Shown: in pieces, positions 21,968 through 31,270 of the stretch
Numbering within the stretch: position 1 is the first letter of the stretch
Layout of the letters: every line of letters begins with the position of its first letter
NCBI GenBank assembly: GCA_965261165.1
Contig: OZ253445.1
Coordinates: forward strand, 845,987-909,986
Length of the DNA: 64,000 bases
Direction of reading: 5' to 3'
Source of the DNA: Gammaproteobacteria bacterium
GTDB lineage: Bacteria > Pseudomonadota > Gammaproteobacteria > Eutrophobiales > Eutrophobiaceae
Notes under the pieces: model-generated
The model's input: the letters and a program-made list of their open reading frames with translations, nothing else
Told to the model about the DNA's origin: nothing
Databases searched by the model: none
Translations under genes and position numbers: made by a program

Positions 21968-21989
21968 CCCTAAATTTTTACCAATCCAT

Positions 21990-23582
21990 TTAAGAATGTG
22001 CCGTTGCATCCGTTACTTGTGGTGGCGTGGTAAATGAATGGAATGGCGGAGGTGAAGACAGGGTCCATTCCAGACCATGAGCACCTTCCCAAACCTGATC
22101 TGTGGCCTTTTGTCCGCCACGGATACACTGAATAACAACAACCACAAACAACAACTGAGACAGTCCGAAGACAAAACCACCGATACTGGAGATCATATTC
22201 CAGTCAGCAAACTGCACGCTGTAGTCTGGGATTCGACGTGGCATACCGGCCAGTCCCAAAAAGTGTTGCGGGAAGAACAGGATATTCACAGAAATAGCAG
22301 ATAGCCAAAAATGCCATTTACCCAGACATTCGTTGTACATGTACCCCGTCCATTTTGGCAACCAATAATAAGTGGCTGCAAACAAACTGAAGACCGCACC
22401 AGGCACTAGTACATAATGAAAATGCGCAACAATGAAGTAAGTATCATGGTATTGAAAATCAACCGGGGTTACGCCCATCATCAGACCGGTGAAACCACCG
22501 ATGGTAAACAAAACAATGAAGGCCAAGGAGAATAGCATAGGCGTTTCGAAGGTCATGGAACCTCTCCACATTGTTGCCACCCAGTTAAATATTTTTACGC
22601 CCGTTGGTACGGCAATCGACATAGTCGCGTACATAAAATAAAGCTCGCCCGCTAGTGGCATACCGACTGTGAACATATGGTGCGCCCAAACAAAGAAGGA
22701 CAGAAAGGCGATTGCAGCTGTGGCATAGACCATTGACGCATAACCAAATAATGGTTTACGGGCAAAGGTTGGTAAAATCTGCGAAATAATACCAAAAGCA
22801 GGTAGGATCAGAATATATACTTCAGGATGTCCAAAGAACCAGAATATATGCTGGAACATCGTTGGGTCACCGCCGCCAGCAGCACTGAAGAAACTGGTGG
22901 CAAAGAATTTATCTGTTAACAGCATAGTCACTGCGCCAGCAAAAACAGGCATGGCAGCAATCAATAGAAATGCGGTAATGATCCAAGTCCAGACAAACAG
23001 TGGTAATTTCATGAATGTCATGCCTGGGGCACGCATATTGAAGACTGTTGCGATAATATTAATGGCACCCATGATGGATGAAATACCAAGGAAATGAACA
23101 GTAAATATCAGAAAAGGAAAAGCATCGCCTAATTGCAGAACCAGCGGTGGGTACATTGTCCACCCCCCTCCTGGTGCACCACCTTCCATAAACAGAGTGC
23201 TTAACAACATGACGAATGCAAATGGCAAGATCCAGAAGCTCATGTTATTCATGCGCGGCAAGGCCATGTCTGGCGCACCTATCATCATCGGAATCAACCA
23301 GTTAGCCAGGCCTACGCCTGCTGGCATCACCGCACCAAATATCATAACCAAGGCATGCACTGTTGTCATTTGATTGAAGAACAGCGGATCTACAAACTGC
23401 ATACCTGGCTGAAAAAGTTCAGCGCGTATCACCATGGCCATAGCACCACCGATAAAAAACATTATCAGGGCGAATATCAGATACATAGTACCAATATCTT
23501 TATGGTTCGTAGAAAACAACCAACGGCCTGCGCCTGTTGGTTTATGATCGTGATGATCACTGTGGACAGCTGCTTCGCTCAT
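21990..23582 (-). CDS. coxA: cytochrome c oxidase subunit I
   Basis: 530-aa 12-TM protein with the COX1 signature (...WFFGHPEVYIL...). Confidence 0.95.
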   Translation of the reverse strand: MSEAAVHSDHHDHKPTGAGRWLFSTNHKDIGTMYLIFALIMFFIGGAMAMVIRAELFQPGMQFVDPLFFNQMTTVHALVMIFGAVMPAGVGLANWLIPMMIGAPDMALPRMNNMSFWILPFAFVMLLSTLFMEGGAPGGGWTMYPPLVLQLGDAFPFLIFTVHFLGISSIMGAINIIATVFNMRAPGMTFMKLPLFVWTWIITAFLLIAAMPVFAGAVTMLLTDKFFATSFFSAAGGGDPTMFQHIFWFFGHPEVYILILPAFGIISQILPTFARKPLFGYASMVYATAAIAFLSFFVWAHHMFTVGMPLAGELYFMYATMSIAVPTGVKIFNWVATMWRGSMTFETPMLFSLAFIVLFTIGGFTGLMMGVTPVDFQYHDTYFIVAHFHYVLVPGAVFSLFAATYYWLPKWTGYMYNECLGKWHFWLSAISVNILFFPQHFLGLAGMPRRIPDYSVQFADWNMISSIGGFVFGLSQLLFVVVVIQCIRGGQKATDQVWEGAHGLEWTLSSPPPFHSFTTPPQVTDATAHS

Positions 23583-23645
23583 GTATCTATCCTCTTAAAT
23601 TATCTCTTTGATTAGGCATTAAAGGATTTAAATTCAGGTAAATTC

Positions 23646-24779
23646 CTAACGTGCCGCCTTGATATCAGCGGGCTGTACAATATCTCCAGTAGCATTACTC
23701 CAGGAATTACGCTCATAGGTAATGGCTGCTGCGATATCTGCATCAGACAGTTGCCCGGCAAACGCTGGCATCAGATTCTTGCCTGCTAACACTAGCTTGA
23801 CATGATCTACAGCAGAGCCTTGCACGATGGCGCTGCCATCCAACGGTGGAAAAGGACCCGTACCTTTACCATCTGCCAAATGACATGCAGCACAGTTGGC
23901 ACCGTAAACTTCTTTGCCATGAGCCATCAATTCATCTTTAGCCCATTCTTTATCTGAGTTAGCCAGCGCGTCAATTTGTGCCTGTTTGGTATCAACAATC
24001 CAGGTACGATAATCCTCCATAGAAACTGCTTCCAGAACGATTGGCATAAAAGCATGGTCTTTACCACATAGCTCAGCGCATTGACCACGATAGATGCCTA
24101 ACTCCTCTATGTAAGCCCAGTTATCGTTGATAAACCCTGGGATCGCGTCCCGTTTCCAGCCTAGGTCAGGTACCCACCATGCATGATTAACATCGTTGGA
24201 AGCAGTTAAGATTCTGATTTTTGTATTAATCGGCAGAACAATTGGTTTATCTACCTCTAACAAGTAATTTTCAACACTGGCAGGATCAATCCCGGAATTC
24301 ATTTGCCTGGCCTCATTGCTATCTTTTGCCAGTGAGCTGAAAAAACTCAGTTCATCTTCCAGATAATCATACTTCCACTTCCATTGATAGGCGGTGACTT
24401 TTAGCGTGATATCTGCATCGCCTGTTTGTTCCATGTATACCAATGTCTTGGTTGCAGGAAAGGCGATGATCACTAGGATTACAATAGGAATGATCGTCCA
24501 AGTAATTTCAGCGAGAGTACTATGATAAAATTGTGCAGGGACGGCGCCCCTTGATTTCCTGTGATGGAAAATGGACCAGGCCATGACACCAAACACAACG
24601 ACACCGATAAGGGTAACGATCCAAAGTATGATCATATGCAGGTCATATATCTCATGACTAATTGGTGTCACGCCCTCTCTTAGATTAAGCGCCCACTCAG
24701 CATTGGCAACTGTTGTCCACAGCAGCAACACTACTTGAACCGCAATCCCTATGATGTTTCTCAAATTTTTAACAAACAT
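23646..24779 (-). CDS. coxB: cytochrome c oxidase subunit II with C-terminal cytochrome c domain
   Basis: 377 aa; the CuA site ...CAELCGKDHAFM...; C-terminal CAACH heme-binding motif. Confidence 0.9.
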   Translation of the reverse strand: MFVKNLRNIIGIAVQVVLLLWTTVANAEWALNLREGVTPISHEIYDLHMIILWIVTLIGVVVFGVMAWSIFHHRKSRGAVPAQFYHSTLAEITWTIIPIVILVIIAFPATKTLVYMEQTGDADITLKVTAYQWKWKYDYLEDELSFFSSLAKDSNEARQMNSGIDPASVENYLLEVDKPIVLPINTKIRILTASNDVNHAWWVPDLGWKRDAIPGFINDNWAYIEELGIYRGQCAELCGKDHAFMPIVLEAVSMEDYRTWIVDTKQAQIDALANSDKEWAKDELMAHGKEVYGANCAACHLADGKGTGPFPPLDGSAIVQGSAVDHVKLVLAGKNLMPAFAGQLSDADIAAAITYERNSWSNATGDIVQPADIKAAR

Positions 24780-25415
24780 GCAGCGTTCCTCAGCAAAATG
24801 TAATGTAAAATTTCTAAAACTTCTCAGCCTAGCTTTACTGACCTTAACTTAAGCCCTATTTAAGACAAAATCTAAGACAAAATCAATAACTAACAAACTT
24901 AGCTATCCATCTAGCAGACAGCCTCAGAGAATTCGTACGGAGGGTTTACGAGCAAGATCATAAAATTTGAAGAGCTATGCTTACAGACTAGAGGCATTCA
25001 ATATCTTTGTGAGCACAAATATATGACTATAATTATATTTGACTATAACTTTCTGGCTTTGTTAGTTAGCAACTCTTCTATCTATAGACCACCTGCCCCC
25101 AAACTGGTAATTATTCTTATACTTTCAAGTGGTTACGCACACAAATACTTAGGTGCGACAATATGCCCTATTTTGGTGTGTTTTGGCAAGTGTTTGTTAT
25201 GTGTCCACCACATATTGCGCTGTGGCTGATATTTGACGAACATTGTGGCCAAAGAGGTGTTGGCTCAGGCTATAGCGAGGTCTATAGTAAGTCATTGTTT
25301 CAGTTATTTCAGTTAAAAAAATGAGTTAGAGATTATTTAAATTAGCTGTCTGGGACAGCTCCACGCCTTTAAAAGTTGTTATAGTGCCACAGACAGGCTA
25401 AACCTTAATGATTAG

Positions 25416-25682
25416 TTACATCAACCTTTTAACTCTCGAAGCCGCCGCATCATCTAATTCTTTTCTGATTTTCCCTGTCAAATAACTCGCTTTAAACCCT
25501 TTCTGCTTACATTCAAGAAGAAGTCCTTTAATTTGTTTATCAGATTTATTTGCCCTCAGAGAAGAGACCAACATATCAATCAGCGTATCGGACCAAAGTG
25601 TTTTGGCTGTCGTTTTATCATCTATCACTGCCTTATCCCCTGCATAATTGAATGTTAATATTTTTGCATCATATATCGTCAT
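25416..25682 (-). CDS. hypothetical protein (orphan)
   Basis: ORF of 88-102 aa in an otherwise gene-free 1.2-kb region; no recognisable motif; weak ribosome-binding site. Confidence 0.25.
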   Translation of the reverse strand: MTIYDAKILTFNYAGDKAVIDDKTTAKTLWSDTLIDMLVSSLRANKSDKQIKGLLLECKQKGFKASYLTGKIRKELDDAAASRVKRLM

Positions 25683-25989
25683 TAACAAGGTAAATACCCT
25701 GTCTTGGATACGGGATGATAACAATATTTACATCCTTCATCGTGTCTCCAGCAATGACGGCCTAGCCAAGATATAATGGCTAGGCTGGAACCAGATGTAG
25801 TTACCAAAAATTTACGATTTATCATTTGAGGCAGGCTTAAAAATACCTTTAAAACATACTAAAAACATTCCAAGTCACTGTAAAATATACGAGAATTATG
25901 CTGGAAATGCCGTCCCAGACAGTGTAGCTTAGCTTCTCCCTTGCTTGATATTACCAAAAACTATTCACGAATTATTAAGAACTTAAGGT

Positions 25990-27357
25990 ATGAGACGTAT
26001 ATATATCCAGACCATGGGCTGCCAAATGAACGAATATGATTCGGCCAAGGCGCTGGATGTCCTCGCTGAATCCCATGGCACCGTCAAAACAAATAAGCCT
26101 GAAGAAGCAGATATCATCCTGCTCAATACCTGCTCAATTCGTGAAAAAGCCCAGGAAAAGGTATTTTCCCAATTGGGTCGCTGGAGACCATTCAAAGACG
26201 AGAAGCCTGATCTGGTAATCGGTGTCGGTGGCTGCGTAGCGAGTCAGGAAGGTGCGGCCATTTTTGAACGCGCACCTTATGTTGATTTGGTCTTTGGTCC
26301 GCAGACCCTGCACCGTCTTCCAGGAATGATCAATGATGTTATGAAATCAAAAAAATCAGTGATTGATATATCCTTTCCTGAAATTGAAAAATTTGATCAT
26401 TTACCAGAGGCTCGTGCAGAAGGCTCGACCGCCTTTGTTTCCATCATGGAAGGATGTAGCAAATATTGCACCTTTTGTGTTGTGCCCTACACCCGTGGTG
26501 AGGAGATTAACCGAACCTTTGATGATGTGATCAATGAAGTTGTTGAACTCGCGGCACAGGGTGTCAGGGAAATTAATTTGCTCGGTCAGAATGTTAATGC
26601 TTATAGAGGCGAAATGCATGATGGTGAAATTGCAGACCTTGCATTGTTAATCGAATATGTTGCAGCCGTTGAAGGCATCGAGCGCATTCGTTATACAACC
26701 TCTCACCCCGTTGAATTTTCGGATAGATTGATTGAAGCTTATGCTAAAGTACCTGAACTGGTAAACCACCTGCATTTACCTGTACAAAGCGGCTCTGACC
26801 GTGTGCTTGCCCTGATGAAAAGAGGGCATACTGCGTTGGAATATAAATCCAAAATACGGAAATTGCGCAAAATCAGACCTGATATCAGTTTATCTTCAGA
26901 TTTTATTATTGGCTTTCCTGGCGAAACTGATTATGATTTTGAGGCAACTATGAATTTAATCGCGGAAATCGGCTTTGATCATTCGTTCAGCTTTATTTAC
27001 AGCAAACGTCCTGGAACCCCCGCATCATCATTTAGTGATAATGTACCAGCAGAAACAAAAAAACAACGTTTGAATATTCTGCAAGCCAAGATTAATTCCA
27101 AGGCTATGGAAATTAGTCAGAGTATGGTCGGAGAAACGACACAAGTTTTGGTTGAAGGCTTTTCCAAAAAAAACACGAAACAACTCCGTGGCAAAACAGA
27201 AAATAATCGCACCGTAAATTTTTCTGGTCCAGCATCATTAATTGGCGAGTTTGCTCACGTATTGATTACAGAGGCATTGCCAAATTCCTTGCGTGCTGAA
27301 TTACAACAGGTGCCTGTTGTCGGTCCAGAAACAACACTCCAACAATCAGCGCTATAA
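25990..27357 (+). CDS. miaB: tRNA-i6A37 methylthiotransferase
   Basis: 455 aa; radical-SAM CxxxCxxC (CSKYCTFC), with N-terminal MTTase and C-terminal TRAM domains. Confidence 0.9.
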   Translation: MRRIYIQTMGCQMNEYDSAKALDVLAESHGTVKTNKPEEADIILLNTCSIREKAQEKVFSQLGRWRPFKDEKPDLVIGVGGCVASQEGAAIFERAPYVDLVFGPQTLHRLPGMINDVMKSKKSVIDISFPEIEKFDHLPEARAEGSTAFVSIMEGCSKYCTFCVVPYTRGEEINRTFDDVINEVVELAAQGVREINLLGQNVNAYRGEMHDGEIADLALLIEYVAAVEGIERIRYTTSHPVEFSDRLIEAYAKVPELVNHLHLPVQSGSDRVLALMKRGHTALEYKSKIRKLRKIRPDISLSSDFIIGFPGETDYDFEATMNLIAEIGFDHSFSFIYSKRPGTPASSFSDNVPAETKKQRLNILQAKINSKAMEISQSMVGETTQVLVEGFSKKNTKQLRGKTENNRTVNFSGPASLIGEFAHVLITEALPNSLRAELQQVPVVGPETTLQQSAL

Positions 27358-28351
27358 AAACTGCTTGAACGCTTCATCCAATAGCTTACATCCCAGATCA
27401 ACAGACATAGTTCTGGAACCAGCAGACAACACCCGGCTGGCAAACATCTGTGGTTCTCTAGATAAAAATCTGCGGCTTATTGAAAGAAGACTGGGGGTTG
27501 AAATTAATAATCGTGGAAATGCTTTTCGCATCATTGGCACAAATAAGTCTGTTGACCTTGCCGAACAACTCTTGCTATCACTTTACGAGATGACGGCAAT
27601 AGAGACACTATTACCTGAAAAAGTACATCTTCATATTCAGGATATGGGCATTGATCGGGATGCCGAAGACGATAGTGATACCGATACGCGTATTAAAACG
27701 AAGCGTGGGATCATTAGAGGCAGATCTCCAAACCAACGGTGCTACTTAAAAGATATCTTCGACCATGATATTAGTTTTGGTATTGGACCTGCTGGTACCG
27801 GCAAAACCTATCTTGCCGTTACCTGTGCTATCGCTGCCCTAGAACAGGATCGTGCACGGCGTATTGTGCTAGTTCGCCCTGCTGTTGAGGCCGGTGAGAA
27901 CCTTGGCTTTCTTCCCGGTGATCTTATGCAGAAGGTCGATCCTTATCTGCGACCACTCTATGATGCCTTATACGAAATGCTCGGCTTCGAACAAGTTGCA
28001 AAATATATTGAACGTAATGTCATTGAAATTGCTCCGCTAGCCTTTATGCGTGGACGTACACTCAATGAATCTTTTGTGATTCTGGATGAAGCCCAAAATA
28101 CAACAGTTGAACAAATGAAAATGTTTCTCACCCGCATTGGCTTTGGTTCCACGGTGGTCATTACCGGGGATATCACCCAGATAGATTTACCTCGAGGCAA
28201 AGACTCTGGCCTACGACAGGTCATAGATGTCCTTAAAGAAGAAGAGAATATTAGCTTTACCTTCTTTACTTCAAAAGATATCGTCAGACACCCACTGGTA
28301 GCAAAAATACTGAATGCTTATGAAAGACATGAGCAGGATAATCAAAACTGA
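27293..28351 (+). CDS. ybeZ: PhoH-like ATPase (YbeZ)
   Basis: Walker A GPAGTGKT; conserved ybeZ-ybeY-corC-lnt order. The true start is probably the TTG near 27362, since the listed ATG overlaps miaB. TGA stop overlaps the ybeY ATG. Confidence 0.85.
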   Translation: MLNYNRCLLSVQKQHSNNQRYKNCLNASSNSLHPRSTDIVLEPADNTRLANICGSLDKNLRLIERRLGVEINNRGNAFRIIGTNKSVDLAEQLLLSLYEMTAIETLLPEKVHLHIQDMGIDRDAEDDSDTDTRIKTKRGIIRGRSPNQRCYLKDIFDHDISFGIGPAGTGKTYLAVTCAIAALEQDRARRIVLVRPAVEAGENLGFLPGDLMQKVDPYLRPLYDALYEMLGFEQVAKYIERNVIEIAPLAFMRGRTLNESFVILDEAQNTTVEQMKMFLTRIGFGSTVVITGDITQIDLPRGKDSGLRQVIDVLKEEENISFTFFTSKDIVRHPLVAKILNAYERHEQDNQN

Positions 28352-28812
28352 TGGCTATCGAAGTAGATATTCAATATGCAACAGATTTTCCTGATCTACC
28401 TGATAAAAACCAACTAAAACTCTGGGCGGAAGTTGCCTTGGTGAATTTGAAAGAAAATGCAGAACTAACCATCCGCATTGTTAATGAGGATGAAGGAACA
28501 CAGCTCAATGAACAATGGCGAAAATCACAAGGTCCGACAAATGTGCTATCTTTTACTCATGAAGAGGAGGCAAAAATTGCACCGGACTTACTTGGTGATA
28601 TCGTTGTTTGCGCACCGGTGGTAGCCAAAGAGGCGAAAGAACAAAATAAAACTATCGATGCACATTGGGCGCATATGATAATCCATGGTGTTTTACATCT
28701 AAGTGGTTTTGATCATGCTAATCTGGAGGATGCCGACTGTATGGAAAGTCTTGAAATTAAAATTCTTGAGGAATTAAATTATCACAACCCTTACCTCATC
28801 ACCCAAACCTAG
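28351..28812 (+). CDS. ybeY: rRNA maturation endoribonuclease YbeY
   Basis: 153 aa; metal-binding motif HGVLHLSGFDH. Confidence 0.85.
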   Translation: MAIEVDIQYATDFPDLPDKNQLKLWAEVALVNLKENAELTIRIVNEDEGTQLNEQWRKSQGPTNVLSFTHEEEAKIAPDLLGDIVVCAPVVAKEAKEQNKTIDAHWAHMIIHGVLHLSGFDHANLEDADCMESLEIKILEELNYHNPYLITQT

Positions 28813-28842
28813 AACCAGCCAATATAAAGCACAGATAAATGC

Positions 28843-29715
28843 ATGAATGAAAACACATCTGGCAAACGTCAGTTAAAAATATCGCAAAAAATCCTCTCCT
28901 TATTTTCAAGTAAACCTGAAGATAGGCAGGCACTGATTGAGCTGTTACGAGAATCAGAAACCAGAAGCCTGCTGGAACTTGATGCACTAACAATGATTGA
29001 GGGAGTATTGCAAGTCTCTGAAATGCAGGTTCGCGATATAATGATTCCACGCGTACAAATGATAGTGATCAAAAATGATGCGAGTCCAGAAGATATTCTT
29101 GCAGCCGTTGTTGAATCAGGCCATTCACGATTTCCCGTTATAGGCGACGATACTGATGAGATAACAGGCATCCTTCTGGCAAAAGATTTATTAGCTTATT
29201 TTTCTGATAAGGAAAACTCCGAATTCAATATTAAAGATATGATGCGCCGGGCATTTTTTGTGCCTGAGAGTAAACGTCTCAATATTCTATTGAGAGAATT
29301 TCGATCAAATCGTAACCATATGGCTATTATTGTTGATGAATATTCAGGTGTTGCTGGACTGGTTACCATGGAAGATGTTATTGAGGAAATCGTTGGGGAA
29401 ATTGAAGATGAACATGACATCGACAATGAGGAACACATCAGGCCACATGGACGTAACCGCTATACTATCAAAGCCTTAACACCGATAAATGAATTCGATA
29501 ATTTCTTCAATACAGAGTTTAGTGGTGATGAATACGATACGATTGGTGGACTGATACTCAAAGCATTTGGTCATGTCCCCAGACGTGGGGAAAGCATCGA
29601 ACTCGGAAGCTTTAATATTAAAGTTCTCCGCGCAGACAAAAGAAGGATTCGTCTAATACGTATCAACAAAATTGAACAATCTTTATCAGAGACTGACTCA
29701 GGATCATCTGAATAA
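28843..29715 (+). CDS. corC: CorC/HlyC-family Mg2+/Co2+ efflux protein (CBS pair plus transporter-associated domain)
   Basis: 290 aa; CBS-domain region followed by a CorC_HlyC C-terminal domain. Confidence 0.8.
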   Translation: MNENTSGKRQLKISQKILSLFSSKPEDRQALIELLRESETRSLLELDALTMIEGVLQVSEMQVRDIMIPRVQMIVIKNDASPEDILAAVVESGHSRFPVIGDDTDEITGILLAKDLLAYFSDKENSEFNIKDMMRRAFFVPESKRLNILLREFRSNRNHMAIIVDEYSGVAGLVTMEDVIEEIVGEIEDEHDIDNEEHIRPHGRNRYTIKALTPINEFDNFFNTEFSGDEYDTIGGLILKAFGHVPRRGESIELGSFNIKVLRADKRRIRLIRINKIEQSLSETDSGSSE

Positions 29716-29758
29716 TAGGCCGATAGATTATTTGTAATATTGATAACTTTACAAACAT

Positions 29759-31270
29759 TTGCAAATTAAACCGCAAAAGAATTATTTACTGAAACTCATA
29801 AGCTGCTTCCTGTCAGGTGCGCTATTACCTCTGGCTTTTTCTCCCTATGACTACCCTGCTATCGCCATCCTTTCATTGGCATGGTTATTTTATGCAATTC
29901 TGAATAGCACACCCAATCATGCAGGGATCTTAGGATATATCTTTGGCTTTGGCATGTTTGGCGTGGGTATCAATTGGTTACATATCAGCATCAACTTATT
30001 TGGTGGAGTTAATCTTGCAGGTGCGCTGATAATTACATTCATACTGGTTGCATTTCTTTCCCTATATCCTGCTTTAGTTGCTTTCGTATACCAATGTTTA
30101 TTTGCCAACAAAGGTATTCTTGCCTTTGTCATTGTAATGCCCGCACTATGGGTACTGACCGAATGGTTGCGCTCCTGGATTCTTACCGGGCTACCCTGGC
30201 TGAATATTGCTTATACCCAAACTGATACTTCTATATCCTCTCTGGCTCCTTTGCTTGGGCAATATGGCGTAAGCTGGTTCACAGCATTTATTTCAGCATT
30301 ACTCGTAGCAATGTTTTTGGGAGCCAAGAAGGTAAAGATTATTCTCATTGGAATCTTCTTCATATCATGGCTTGGCCTGAATGCACTAAATGACATTCAC
30401 TGGACGACGGATAGAAATGCTGATATTACAGTGGCTCTGGTTCAAGGCGCTATTCCACAAGAGATGAAATGGAAGCCAGAACAAAGACAGAGGACACTCG
30501 ATCTCTATATCTCGCTATCAGAAGAGCATCAAGATAGCCAATTGATCATTTGGCCTGAAACAGCTGTCCCTGTATTACATCATCAAGCTCAAGAATTTAT
30601 AAATGTAATGACATCAAGAGCAAAAAATCAGAACCATGATTATCTGGTTGGCATTCCTTTCAGTGATCAAAATTCAAATAAATTTTATAACGGTATTACC
30701 GTGATTGGCAGTACCAATGATATCTACTACAAACAACATCTGGTACCATTTGGGGAATATTTACCTTTTGATAAATGGCTGCGCCCTATTCTTGACCTGA
30801 TGAAGATTCCGATGCCTGATTTTAGTCCAGGACCTGATAAAAAACCTGTGATCCGTGCTGCTGGAGAAGTTATTGGCGTATCAATTTGTTATGAAGATGT
30901 CTTTGGTGAAGAAGTTATTACAGCATTACCTGAGGCAACAATATTGGTAAATATTAGCAATGATGCCTGGTTCGGCGACTCCATTGCCCCGCACCAACAT
31001 TTACAAATGGCAAGGATGCGAGCATTGGAAACAGGTCGCTATATGCTGCGCTCAACCAATACAGGCATCAGCGCCATTATCAACGAAAAGGGAATTATTA
31101 CTGCAAGCTCACCACAATTCACTCCGCATGTGACTAGCGATACAGTAAAAACTTTTGAAGGATTAACACCCTACGCAAGGTCTGGAAATTCACCAGTAAT
31201 CATCGCTGCATTTTTAGTATTGTTGATTCATTTTTTTAGACACAGAAAACCATCTACGGCTAACATCTAG
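29759..31270 (+). CDS. lnt: apolipoprotein N-acyltransferase
   Basis: 503 aa; N-terminal multi-TM region plus a C-terminal nitrilase-fold CN-hydrolase domain. Confidence 0.85.
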   Translation: MQIKPQKNYLLKLISCFLSGALLPLAFSPYDYPAIAILSLAWLFYAILNSTPNHAGILGYIFGFGMFGVGINWLHISINLFGGVNLAGALIITFILVAFLSLYPALVAFVYQCLFANKGILAFVIVMPALWVLTEWLRSWILTGLPWLNIAYTQTDTSISSLAPLLGQYGVSWFTAFISALLVAMFLGAKKVKIILIGIFFISWLGLNALNDIHWTTDRNADITVALVQGAIPQEMKWKPEQRQRTLDLYISLSEEHQDSQLIIWPETAVPVLHHQAQEFINVMTSRAKNQNHDYLVGIPFSDQNSNKFYNGITVIGSTNDIYYKQHLVPFGEYLPFDKWLRPILDLMKIPMPDFSPGPDKKPVIRAAGEVIGVSICYEDVFGEEVITALPEATILVNISNDAWFGDSIAPHQHLQMARMRALETGRYMLRSTNTGISAIINEKGIITASSPQFTPHVTSDTVKTFEGLTPYARSGNSPVIIAAFLVLLIHFFRHRKPSTANI

